A stretch of DNA of 64,000 bases, from positions 1,095,620 to 1,159,619 of the forward strand of contig NW_018407615.1 of NCBI RefSeq assembly GCF_002113885.1. Direction: 5' to 3'. This document shows positions 28,050 through 40,425 of the stretch, piece after piece (within the stretch, counting starts at the first letter, position 1; each line of letters opens with the position of its first letter). Source of the DNA: Mizuhopecten yessoensis (lineage: Eukaryota). A program made the translations under genes and the position numbers. Under the pieces are notes generated by a model. That model did no database searches and was not told where the DNA came from. It saw only the letters and a list, made by a program, of their open reading frames with translations.

Positions 28050-31000
28050 ATGTACAACTTGAACACCACAAATAACAGTATCTCTATCCTCAACAGCCTC
28101 CTGCACACGTCCTCCAGCAGCAGAAGCTCCCTCAGTCCCGACTCTAGCTTTGACGCCTTTCTCCGATCTCCGACTGGTAACGGTATGGACCCCTACATGG
28201 CTTCCCTGGACGATAACCCAGAGGCTTTGTTCGGTAGGTACAACACGTGTGTACAAAGTAAATGGTCATACTTTCAATGTTTTACGTACCTTCACTATAT
28301 AATCTATCATCACATTACTATAAACCTTGCTCGTCTTTGACGTATATACATGTAGTCGCAGTATACATTATTTGTATATCTCAGTATATTACATACATCA
28401 TCAGCATACTCTATAGCCATTGTAAAGAAATACTAAAATTAGCGCATAGTAAACTAGTCCGCATATATTGTCAATACCAACGACACATACATTTGTATAC
28501 TCAACAAGCATTTCAGATGTTCCAGACAAACACCTTGATCGTTACATGGAGGTTATGTTACCTCTCATCCCGATGATTTCATAGTATCGGACTATCCCCA
28601 TCCTTCACGCCATTGTTAACTTATCCTTACAGATATCCTCACCATACAGTCTATGCAGGAGCGTTACTCTGATTCTGAGAAAACGGAAGTGAGTAACGAC
28701 AGCTTTGTTGACGTTGCTTTGGTGACGGACCAGGATTTTGAGAACTTTGTGAGAGAATTTCCGATTGATGATAGTATTTCCGAGTGCTTCGCCTCTGACA
28801 ACTTCAACAGTGCGCCTGCTCCCGTCGTGAGTACTGATACCAAAATTACATGTCTGGTAAAGCTTATAGACTACTGTAATAACTAACGAGTTTTACCCCC
28901 AAGCTGTATACCTACACCGTGGTACCCCTACTACAAGAAACTTTTATTCGCTGTTCCAAGTGAACCGTTCATAACTAGCAGTCATTTAACATTTACCATT
29001 GTATGTTTTCTCCCAGAAATATTTACTGACACATTTCAGTACGCCTTTGGACATTATTATAATTAGTCCTCCTTATTCAGTTATTTCTCATGAGAGCTTG
29101 CATATGTTACTAATTAGCCCCTTTAAATTACAAATATAATGTGTTAAGCATCCATTTGTTCACAATTCATGAAACTTTTGTTTTTAGAATTCCAAATACA
29201 GACAATCTCAACCACGACCCAATAAACTAAAGAAGAAACACATACCTAATGGTATCCATGACAACCATATACTAAGTGACGACGATGCTAAATCGAGCGA
29301 CTCTAAGAAGTCAAAACTAGGGAGCCTCTTTCACCGTAAACCAAAGGTCAAAGATCAAAACAAGAACGCCAACACTGTAGACATTCAAAGCGATGTTCAA
29401 GGAGACGAAACAGCGATTGGGGTCAAGGTCAGCAGAGAAGAGGCGTCACGCAGCCAAAGTTCCCCTCGCAAGCTACCTCCTCTCCCTAGGGTAAAAGGAG
29501 GATCTTCAGGTGGATCAATAAAGGGATCAGTGGACTCCCGAAAATCAAAGTCGTCTTCTCAACAGGAGGTGAAATACTGGTTCTCCATCATTGATGTAGA
29601 GGAGGATGAGGATACGATTGTAAGTTGTACACTAAACAATGTCCCTGGTCTAGGTTTCTGTTTGCTCTATTTGTAACCAAACATACGTCAGTGCTAATAA
29701 GTGTTAGTGTTCTTGTATGTATCGAATTGGTGGTGATACTAGCGAGGTTACATTAAAATGTGATGCTCATAGAATTCAGATGTTAGCGTCAACCAAGAGT
29801 ACATTCCATATGTACTTTGATGATGGGTTACTACATTATCGTTATGTATATAGAGCGATTTACTTCAATGTAACTACAGATCAGTTAACAGTGTCTTTGG
29901 TTTTATGTCCAGGAAATTATTTCCAGAACGTTCCAACAGATGTCTTTCATTGTATTAACACAGGACATTTCCAATACATATTTCATAATTGCCATCTTTC
30001 CAGATTCAGACGCTGACGTCATGGCCGGAGGGGCGACTTATGAAGCTTAGGGATGGCCAGGGAAACACACTACTACACAGGGCAGGAATGGTTGACAAGG
30101 CTAAAGTTATCACCGAACTCGGAACTCGGTTTCCAGAACTGATATATGATCTCAACTATGATCGGCTATCTGCCTTAGACGTCTCTGTACAGGTAGCTTT
30201 AACATCTGCTGTATGTTGTACTGTTTGGTGACTGAAAACAAATTAGGCATTAAAGCATCCAGAAACTTATTTTCAAAGGGGGTTGGTGCGCCACGTGCAT
30301 AATCTAGATATGCTCGTGTGGTATTTAAATTAAAGGTCTAATGTGAATTTTATACTTCCTTTATTTGCTGAAGGGGCAGTATGAACTTGTCAATTCCTAT
30401 CACTCTTGCCAGTTGTCTTTGCGTGTGACTTAAGGATTAAAGATAATAGATATGTGCAAAAACAGTTGCTTCGGATTGTTTTAGTCTGTAGCCAAAATGT
30501 GGGGGATAGCAACCCCTAATAGTTCGACTATCTTGTTGCTTAACTATTCAAGAAAGCAATTATAAAGGAATCACTTTTGATTGTGTTGTATTTCAAGTTA
30601 CTTTGTAAAATCAGTTTCCAAGATTCGTATTTATATAGTTCCTTCATAAACGGCTCATTGATTCTTGCGAAATATAATCACCGTATTACATTGTATGTGA
30701 TGATATTAAGACTTAATAATTTCCAAGTTCTCATTGTGGATAGTGTGGTGTTTTGATGTCATCAGTTGTGTTTGAGGTTTACGATTTAATTATCAATTAT
30801 TGTTTGCCAACTCATTTCTCTTATATTTTGAGCTACCCGAAGACATAAACTTTATTTCTAATCTGTGATCACTGGTGATTGTTCACAGAAACCGTAGGAC
30901 ATGGTTAATAGTGATCAGACATGGACACATCCTTTCTCGACATCTTTTTGTATCCGAGATATTTTTTTCACACAGAGCATCACCCTCTTCTTAGGATGAA

Positions 31001-34000
31001 AATAATGAGTACTTTGTTGTCAAATAATATAGTGCTTGGGCCATCACAAAGGTGAATGTAGGGTATAGGAAGGACCATGCGAAATGTTGCACCTGTGAAT
31101 TTTACCGTTTGATGTATCATCCATATCTTTTCCACCTCGTTTGACATTTGTTTTTATTCTTTCTTTATTTTCAACAAAGTCTGGAAAGGAAACGGCCATG
31201 AGCGCACTATTCAAACTACAGTACGGCGATGAGGCGCCACCGTCAGGGATTGTAAGCAAACTGCTGGAAGTAGCGGCAAAGAAGGGAGAGGTAAGTACTG
31301 TATTGTAAATTAAACTGTTTCCAACCTTGATCATAACCGAATGCATTTGTTAGTTATTGTAACAAGCTATATTGCATAACTACAACAAAACCCCAAAACA
31401 TTACTTTCAGTCCCTGCCACGTCGTTCAGTACAGAAAGTTAAAACCGTACAGTGCAACACAATGCAAAACTAAATCTATTGAACACAATGTAGTCATAAT
31501 TTAATTTCAACATATCTTACATTTTCGGGAACATCTATTTAAATGAGTTGGTACATGTTGTTACCCATATCAAGTGTTTGAAAAAATAAACTAAACTAAA
31601 CTAAACATAAAGTTTATTGTAAAGGTGATTTGTTATCCACAGTGTGGCTGTCTTGAGAAGTTGCTCAGCTTCCTGTCCAGGGATGGAGGGGGGCAGTTGA
31701 CTTTACCTAAGAACAGGGGCGGTGACACAGCCGCGCATGTCGCAGCAGCCCATGGTCACGTGACGTGTCTACATGTAAGTTGCAATCATGATTTGGAAGA
31801 TAATGGGTGACATCTCGGTAATCAGTGTCAGTTGTAATAAAGATTTGGGAGATAATAGGTGACATCTCGGTAATCAGTGTCTAACTATCCCACAATTTTG
31901 ATTTCCCTGAACATTTGAAGTCACACAATGGAAGTTTGTTTTACCAGATGGTTTCCATAGATCCTGTCCTAACACTCAGAATCCCAAAATGGTTAGGAAT
32001 ATACCAAATAAGACAGTTGGGTAAATTATCTGCTGATGTTTTGCTGTTAATGTTCTTTATTTCCGGTGTTTAGTCTCTTAATGAACTGACAGAATGAAAA
32101 TGTTGTTATGAAACCATAACGCATATGACTATAGCATGTAAATATTTTCAATTCAAACTCCGAGTCTTCCTTGTCAAAACTGTATGCATTTTCGGGGACC
32201 AATACTTTTGTTGAAATGAAGTGGAGAATCATTTATAGTTTCCAATTTACCTTTGTCGGATGAGGGAAATGGTAACTTAATAAAACACGACCATATTTAT
32301 CCAAAACAAGAGAGATAAAATAACCCTTCCATCGTTTGGTAAAACAGGTTAACATGTGACAGTAACCAAATGACATGATACTTTCCTTGCTGTTTTGAAC
32401 GTGCAAACCATCATAAATATTGAAAAGATGCATTCGAAAGAAAATGTGGTAATGAAATTGCAAAGTCGTATATCCACTGTTAAGCTGAAAAATAATTACT
32501 ACGGAAATAATTACCGTCCCCGTCGAAGCTTAATCGCGAGGGATACTACAATGAAAACCTCCATCTGTTACAGGTGCTGATAGAGCAAGGTTTCTCAGGT
32601 TGGACAGAGAACGCTGAAGGTTTACATCCCTTGCATGTGGCCGTGCAACATCATCAGATGGCGTGCTACCACTTCCTGCTTCTCCACCAGTGTTGTAAAT
32701 GTCTGTTACGGGACCACAAGGCGGACAGCCTTACTGCCAACAGGTGTGTACTACAAACAAGATGGCTAATTGGGTAACATAAGACCATAATTACAGTCTT
32801 TAAATTAGTCACAATCAAATATAAGATGAATCTATCAGACAGACCTGTAAACATCAGAACATTTACTATTTTAGTTTGGAAAGAGTTGAAACGTTTGAAT
32901 GTTTTGAATCGATCATTTTTCATCTAAATACAGGTGGTGTGCGTTGTGTTACCGTTTCTTATGTTCTATTTCAGAATTCGATCAAGCAGGATAACCACTC
33001 AAAGTGCCATTGAACAGGTATATTTATTTTAGGTTCCGTCAATACTTTATAAGTTGTTTTTTCACAACTCTAAACCACAAAACAACTAGTGTGGTTAGGA
33101 TAAACTTATTTTGAGGAATAGTATCAGATGGAATTTAATTAATCCATTCCACATTGAGTAGGCGGGAGATTATAACACACGATACCTTAACTTGTTAGTA
33201 AATGTATAATAATTTGCTCCTAGAACATGACTGGACCTATCGCTAAAATGTAATGGCCTCCATCAGTATTTCATTAGGAAATAAACTAATTCTAATTCTT
33301 TGTGCGACATGGAAGTAGGTGCTTAATTATTATTGTTCTCACATCCCCGTTTTTCAATTTGAGGAAGTGACAAAACTTGAATTCGAGCAAGAAGCAGAAG
33401 GTGCGAATGACCTGTTAATAATAATGTCGGTAAAATTACAGTTGGAACAGCGTCTTGTGTGCCATCAGAAAAACGTGCTGGACACACTGACCACCAGTGC
33501 GGAAACACAATTAACTATCACCGAGAGTCTGACCAATCTCTATGGCAAGGTGGAGGGACTGCTGGATGGCATGGACACGGAACATGGCGGACAGTTGAGG
33601 TACCAACCAGACAGCTTAACACTTAATGCCATGTCGTTAATTTTGTCAAACTACGATACATTAAGCGTGAGGAGAGGAAACTTCGTAGTAAAAGCTAACA
33701 CCGTGACACTTTGGAGATTAAATAACTCCTTTTTCAACACAATTTAATAATATCTTATTCATTTTAAGCAGTGGGATTTTCAGACATTCAAACAAGTTAA
33801 TCAATCTAGACCGATTTCATTCATCGAATCAGACATTCATGTATGTTTGTAGTTGTGTATACGAGTGATATTTAACCGAAAATAAAAGTCCAAAATGATG
33901 AATTCATACATTTTTCCATGAAGTAGTGGCCCTGCCTTCACTCTTGCTAGGTCCAATGTGAAAGTACACATTTATACATACACACCTCTTTCAATAGCTC

Positions 34001-37000
34001 TCCCAGAGTCTTGCCTTTACACTCGTTTTGATTTATAACAAACTGTTTACTCCTGCTCTTTAATGTTGAAACTTAAAAGGAAAGCACACTGTTGAACAAA
34101 ACATAGTAATGCAAGTTTTTGGCTCCACAGGACACAGCTGGACAATATCCGGGCAGAGGGAGAGCGCCTGCAGGACCTGTTTGAGTTCTCTCCCCTGGCC
34201 AGCACCAGTGAACTGTTGTCGAAAGTGCTGAATGACTTCTCTAAGCTCACTTTAGACTCTGATCGATTGGAGGGCGAAAGTGAGAATGTCGGCAATGAAC
34301 TCTCGTCGACATCCTTCATGTAAGTTAAAGAAATGCCAATCTATTCTCTAGTACATTTTATATATGTTTCAAACAACATAGTTTAAGATGCTCCCAGTGT
34401 GAAGCATTACCATCATTAAATCATTTGTGGATATCAATACTTAAATGTTTAATTAATCCTATTCAAAAATTGTGTCATGCTTTAATTAATGTTTTCATAT
34501 GATTACAGATCGAAAGTTGCTGAAGAGGTACAGAAAATTTTACCTTCAAGTAAAAATGTTCCAGGTGATATTGACAGCATCATTGGCACAATTTTGTCAA
34601 GACCAATTATTAACACAAATGTTCAGATACAGAAACAGAAACACGTGCGTCCACCATGCACGACAGTAAGTGCTAGGTCTAAAGAAACTTCTGATGTGTC
34701 AGAAGTAGCTCCATCAAATACAGTGAAACCTAGAGAAAAAGAAGTGAAATTCTCCAACGTGTTACCCACAAATCGTCCACCAGAACAGCATCGCGAAAAA
34801 CAGCTTGTGGTACGTGATGCTCCTTTGTATGCATCTAGATACAGTTCACGGCAGCTTCAAGACCGAATGTTTCCTCGTGCCGACCAAGAGTCAGTTTGTT
34901 CAAATACGCTAACACTGACTTCTGGTATAACAGGAACTGAACGGACCTCGGATTGGACATCACGTGTTGAAACATTAAGTGCAGAATCGAGTGACTCGGA
35001 ATCTGATTGGTGGGAAGATTCACGGCACAGTGCTCCAAGGTGGCGTCACAGAAGAGCAGATGAAGATGAGGAGGATGAATATTACGACGACGACGATACT
35101 TTTTCTGGCAACAACGTGGTGCTTAATTTAGAAAACGAGGACGCTCCAGATGAGGTGCTGCGGGAACACCGACTTTCCCAACACTTGCAAGCTATGAAAC
35201 GGTTTAACACAGAACGGACTGACCTGGTTGAGACTGTGGTAACAGCTAGTGGACGGAGACTGGGAGGACGGGTCAGACCGGACCCGTCTTACATACACAA
35301 CCCAGATCTTCGCCTAAGTCACCATCGATACAACCAGCAAGAGGCCAAATCAGACTCGCTTCGCAACGGAAAGATTAAAGACCGACAGAGGTCAAAGATC
35401 AAATTGTTCAGTGAGGAGGACATACAGGGACCTAGTGAACTGACACAGTCAGAGTTTCTAGACAGTTATGGGCGGACAGCGGGCGAGTTTGGACGGACGA
35501 CAGAAAAACAGGAGAAACGTTGGGACGAGGTTTCATTGACAGTAAGTATCCGTTTCTTATGACTGAGTTTTTATAACAAATATGTTTTTATAACGAATCA
35601 TCAAAATGTTGCTGTTTCAGAGGTGTAATTCTTAAAGTTTGACGTCACAAATATTGTCATTTTCACTCAGAACTCCCTCTTTGCAAATAATAACTTAACA
35701 TATATAAACAAAAATCTGACATATTCATATTATATACTTGCAGGATGCCGATGAAGCAAGAGATAATGACAAGGCCTGGTATGTTTTCAAATTATTATAT
35801 AATATATTTATCACCTCGTCATTGTGTCGTAAATGGGATAGACAAATCAAATTTGTACGTCCGTACATGTACCTACCTAGTAAAGCCAAGGTGGTTATTT
35901 ATAATATATCTTTGCCACCATTCTAATCACTATTTGCTGAACGGATTTGGATCAAAAATCATACAAAGGTCCTGGTATGAGAGTGTGCTAATGTCATGCC
36001 ATTTTGATACGCCCGTCAAATTTGACGGAAGTATTATGGTATGGGGTTTGCCGTCCGTCCGTCCGGCGTAAACTTTTGTTTGTCCGGCAATCTCCTCCTA
36101 CATTTTTCGGCCGATCTCTTTGAAACTTGGTATACATTATAATCATGATATGAAGTTGTGAATTTTGATTCGACAATTTTTCCAAAAGTGTTTTGTCTGG
36201 AGATCTCCTACATTTTTTGACGGATTTCTTTGAAACTTAGTAGAATAAATTATTATGATATGTTATTGCCCTTTGTTTATTTCAATATTTGATTTTTGTC
36301 CGGCAATCTCCTCCTACATTTTTCAACCGATCCCTTTGAAACTTTTTGCAAAAGTTATTTCCCTTTGTTCATTTCAGTATTTGATTTTTTGTCCGGAGAT
36401 TTTCTCCTACATTTTTTATAGCATGTCAGCTAGTCAATCTTAGAATGATGCAGATCTTATTTCAATGTAAGAAAAAAGTATATAACACTATATGGCATTG
36501 GACGGGCGTATATTGTTCCGCCCCGCGGTACTCTTGTTATAGCAATATCTTTGTTATTACTCTGAAGGCGTAAGTGCTGTATATATTTATATCAGACATC
36601 ATTCAAAACTTCATGAAAACTTCAAACGACTTCGTGTGTCGATGTATACGGATCAATGTCTATGTTACCGTCTGAATTCATTCTTACATATGGATTTAGA
36701 TAAAACCATAGTTGCGTGAGTGATACGTAACCAGGCACTACTGACAAGATAACCTGTGTATTCCCTGATATTGTTTACGATGCTCAGTTTATTGTCAAAT
36801 TTGTTGTTGTATTGAAAATAGTTACAGCTCATTTCGACTTTGCTTATAGTACAGGCAATAGTTATGATTTGTTGCAATTTGTCATTTTTGAAAATAATTC
36901 AATATGTTATAATATAAAAATATTTTAATGTTCTATGCTTGCCTTTTCATGTTTTCATACAAAAATGAGTCATAACAGCGAATAACACTGTTGTTATGAT

Positions 37001-37148
37001 TTGTGCTGCTGTACAGTACTTATTGTATGTGCTTCTTTTTAATCCACCTAGGTACGAGATGTCGGAAGACGAGGAAAGCATCATCCAAACATGGCGGAGT
37101 GACGAGGAAGACAACCAGTCACGTGATTACAGACAGTTTAAATCGTGA
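28050..37148 (+). CDS. SNCAIP: Synphilin-1 (SNCAIP)-like ankyrin-repeat/coiled-coil protein, 13 exons, ~988 aa as spliced
   Basis: Hand-spliced exons with GT-AG sites and consistent phases: 28050(or 28097)-28233, 28633-28826, 29188-29619, 30004-30192, 31180-31290, 31643-31774, 32574-32743, 32975-33017, 33442-33599, 34131-34319, 34509-35541, 35744-35778, 37052-37148 (TGA). Ankyrin motifs DGQGNTLLHRA, GDTAAHVAAAHGHVTCL and NAEGLHPLHVAVQHHQ are followed by CYHFLLLHQCCKCL and a coiled coil, the order seen in synphilin-1. Orthology is by recalled similarity, not a search. Confidence 0.75.
36002..36538 (+). mobile_element. Non-autonomous Helentron-associated (HINE/DINE-1-like) element in the last intron
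   Basis: Subterminal inverted repeat ATACGCCCGTC (36007) / GACGGGCGTAT (36501), hairpin CCGTCAAATTTGACGG, (GTCC)n microsatellite, internal TCTCCTACATTTTT repeats, and CTCTTGTT terminus. Confidence 0.7.
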
Positions 37149-37582
37149 CGATTTCCTCTGTAATCAAAGGACTGTGTTATGAAAGAAAATTTAAATTGTC
37201 ACAATTACTTGGATTAATTTCATGAGAAGGTATACAATCAAACACGTGATAAGAACTGATACGTTTAAAACACATGCTGAAAATATGTTGACTAAATGAC
37301 AAAGAATGCATACGAGGACATTTCAATGCCGAAACTGAATTTAATCATACTTTTTGACAAATCAGTTTGTGTACAATGTGTTTTAAAGCAGATGGTGATA
37401 ATGTCTTCTAGAAGAAGAGCAAGGGCCTATAGTTAACACTGTACCTGATATCTGATTACTACTCCATACTTTCACATTCCTTGGCACCAATCCCTTTAAA
37501 AATGAGAGGGTTGTCATTCGAGTGAAAGTTAGTGTATTTTTCTATTAGTATTGTCAGGTTATAAAAATCGTGCTATTCTGAG

Positions 37583-38030
37583 TGCTGACTTAGGTGGCAG
37601 CAGACTCTGTTTGAATGCTGACTAAGGTGGCAGCAGACTATTTGAATGCTGACTAAGGTGGCATCAGACTGTTTGAATGCTGACTAAAATGGCAGCAGAC
37701 TATTTGAATGCTGACTAAGGGGGCAGCAGACTCTATTTGAATGCTGACTAAGGTGGCAGCAGACTATTTGAATGCTGACTAAGGTGGAAGCAGACTCTAT
37801 TTGAATGTTGGCTAAGGTGGCAGCAGACTCTATTTGAATGTTGGCTAAGGTGGCAGCAGACTCTATTTGAATGTTGGCTAAGGTGGCAGCAGACTCTATT
37901 TGAATGCTGACTAAGGTGGCAGCAGACTATTTGAATGCTGACTAAGGTGGAAGCAGACTCTATTTGAATGTTGGCTAAGGTGGCAGCAGACTCTATTTGA
38001 ATGTTGGCTAAGGTGGCAGCAGACTCTGTT
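37583..38030. repeat. 31/33-bp minisatellite downstream of the gene's stop codon
   Basis: Unit TTTGAATG(C/T)TG(A/G)CTAAGGTGGCAGCAGACT(CT)A, ~14 copies. Confidence 0.93.
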
Positions 38031-38904
38031 CTCGATCACTTATGACTCAGGGACAGACGTGTAATCGAGTTATTGCAGGTGCTGTTGTTTATTGTTATGT
38101 AATAATACATATTGTCTCTAGGAGGAAAAGTGTTTGATCTTATTCTTACTAAATATGCTGTGTTATGCACATTTCCATTACCTTGAAAGTCATTCCCTAT
38201 CCATATGAGACCAAGACCACGTATTCTGTCCGGGGGAATTGTGTATGCCATATTGAAAGCCTGTTCACAAGTATATGACATTGAATGAATCAAGTTTTTA
38301 GTGAGCATGTATTTTTGTCATCAGTTCCTTGACAAAGGCGATTCTGTAGCCGACATGAAACAGAAAATGTTCCATGTTAACGCATTGTACGCTGCAAGCT
38401 TCACATTTATTCTATATAGAAATAAGGCGAGATCAGCAGCAGTTTACAATTGACAGTTTGATAAATATATTTTGTTGTCTAGCAAATATCCTTAGAAAAC
38501 ACACCAAGCATTTTGAAAACGTACACTCTTTGAAATGACGTCAATGGTGATACATGTATATTTCCCTATTTACAATTATCCCTTTTGTTGTATTTACAAA
38601 CAAACACACAATACACAACTTTGTCATCCATTTCGGAATCGGATTAATGACAAGGTCCAATACATTGCTGCGCTCCTTATATGGCATGAACAAATGTGCA
38701 TAAATACATACTGAACAAAATATTTATAACATCAGGGATGAATCTGTAATATGCACAATTGTCATGTGTTGAACTGATATATAAACTGGTACATGTCTGG
38801 TCCGCTTGTGTTTGCTGCACCAAAGCGACAATTTGTGTGTAATTCTACGCTATGGATGACATGCGAGATTTTCATGATAATATTGTTCCTGCAGACACGC
38901 GTTA

Positions 38905-39946
38905 GTGCTAACAACTTCTGAAGAATGGACAGGCCTAGAGTCATGATATTTGGCTGAAGGCTTTGTTGGTAGAAGCCCGACAAAGTTTGAGAACTAAAAT
39001 GACCTTGACTACTTTCAAGGTCACAGGGGTCAAAAATGTCAAAAACTTCAAACGACTTCTGAAGAATTAAAAGGTATAGAATCTTCATATTTTGCTGATG
39101 GCTTTCTGGGATGGAGCCCGACAAAGTTTGAAAACGAAAATGACCTTGACCTACTTTCAAGGTCACAGGAGTCAGATATGTCTAATGCTTAAAACGACTT
39201 CTTCTGAAGAGGTGAAAGTTAAAGAACCTAAATATGTGGCTTGTAGCTTCCTGGGAAAGACCCCAACAAAGCTTGAGAATGAAAATGACCTTGACTATTT
39301 TAAGGTCACATGAGGCAGATATGTGAAATACTTCAAACGACTTCTTCTGAAGAACTGGGGGGTATAGAACCTTAATATTTGGCTGGTTATTTCCTGGGAA
39401 AGAGCCAAAAAAGTTTGCGAATGAAAATGACCTTGACTTACTTTCAAGGTCACAGCGTTCAAATATGTCAAACGGTCCAAACTAGTTCTTCTGAAGAATT
39501 AAAAGGCATAAAATTATAATATTTGGCTGGTGGCTTCCTGGGATAGAGCTCACCAAAGTTTGCGAATGAAAATGACCTCAACCTACTTTAGAGGTCACAG
39601 AGGTCAACAACATTTTAAAGGATTTGTTCTTAAGAACTAAAAGAAATGGATTCATAAGATTTGGCTGGTAGCTTTTTGGAATAGAGCTCACCAATTTGAG
39701 AAAGAAAATGACATTGACCTACATGTACTTACAAGGTCACAGGGAAAAATATGTCAAGCAACTTGTGAAGAAGAATCAAAAAGCATAGAATCTTATAATA
39801 ATATTTTGCTGATAGTTTCAACAGATCGAGCCAACAAAGTTTGCGAGGGAAATAGTTTTATTGCAATATGATATTTAATGAGAATATTTTGCTATGACTG
39901 CTTCAATATTCAGGTGAGCGAATCGGGCCCTCTTAGGCCTCTTGTT
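38905..39946 (+). mobile_element. 5'-truncated HINE/Helitron-N-like element with ~136-145-bp internal tandem repeats
   Basis: TGACCTTGACCTACTTTCAAGGTCA hairpin motif recurs at about 39000, 39141, 39286, 39428, 39573 and 39709; 3' end CAGGTGAGCG..GGCCC..GGCCTCTTGTT. Confidence 0.65.
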
Positions 39947-40217
39947 TGTATAGCAATAAGTATTGAAAATACGACATGCTGAATCTAACATACATACACA
40001 CATACTGATTATTAGTTACATATAAATATGCATTGATACTCATAAATATTTATTCAAATCGTATCTTATTTACGTGAACTTTGCAAACGTATTCGTTATG
40101 GTTTGAAGTGTTTCTTCCTTAAAACGGGTTTAAAAGTTTTAAAGTTATCGACGTTTTTGACGAATCAGGTTTCGCAATGAAATATTTGCGGTTTGAAAAT
40201 GGCAGGCTTCAAAATTT

Positions 40218-40255
40218 GCCAGCACTTACTAGGCATTTTCACCACACTCTTTCCC
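40218..40255 (-). repeat. Polypurine tract (GGGAAAGAG) plus truncated 3' LTR
   Basis: GCCAGCACTTACTAGGCATTTTCACCACA at 40218-40246 equals 48717-48745; purine tract 40255-40247 abuts it. Confidence 0.85.
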
Positions 40256-40425
40256 GTCATATTCGAGCGGTGGTCCAGCCGTCCTCGGCCAGCAAGGCTC
40301 TCGGTTTAATACCGGTGATCCAGGGTTACCCGGTATCGGCCCCCTAGATCAAGGTAATTAAGGGTTACCCGTCCTCGCCCCCCCCCCCCCTAGAATTTGG
40401 AATCCTGGCTCCCGCGTCTCGGGAC

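Noticed and set aside
33319-33441. Upstream in-frame extension of exon 9 (FEEVTKLEFEQEAE)
   Set aside because: No AG acceptor at its start that I could support; the acceptor at 33441 fits the phase of exon 8.
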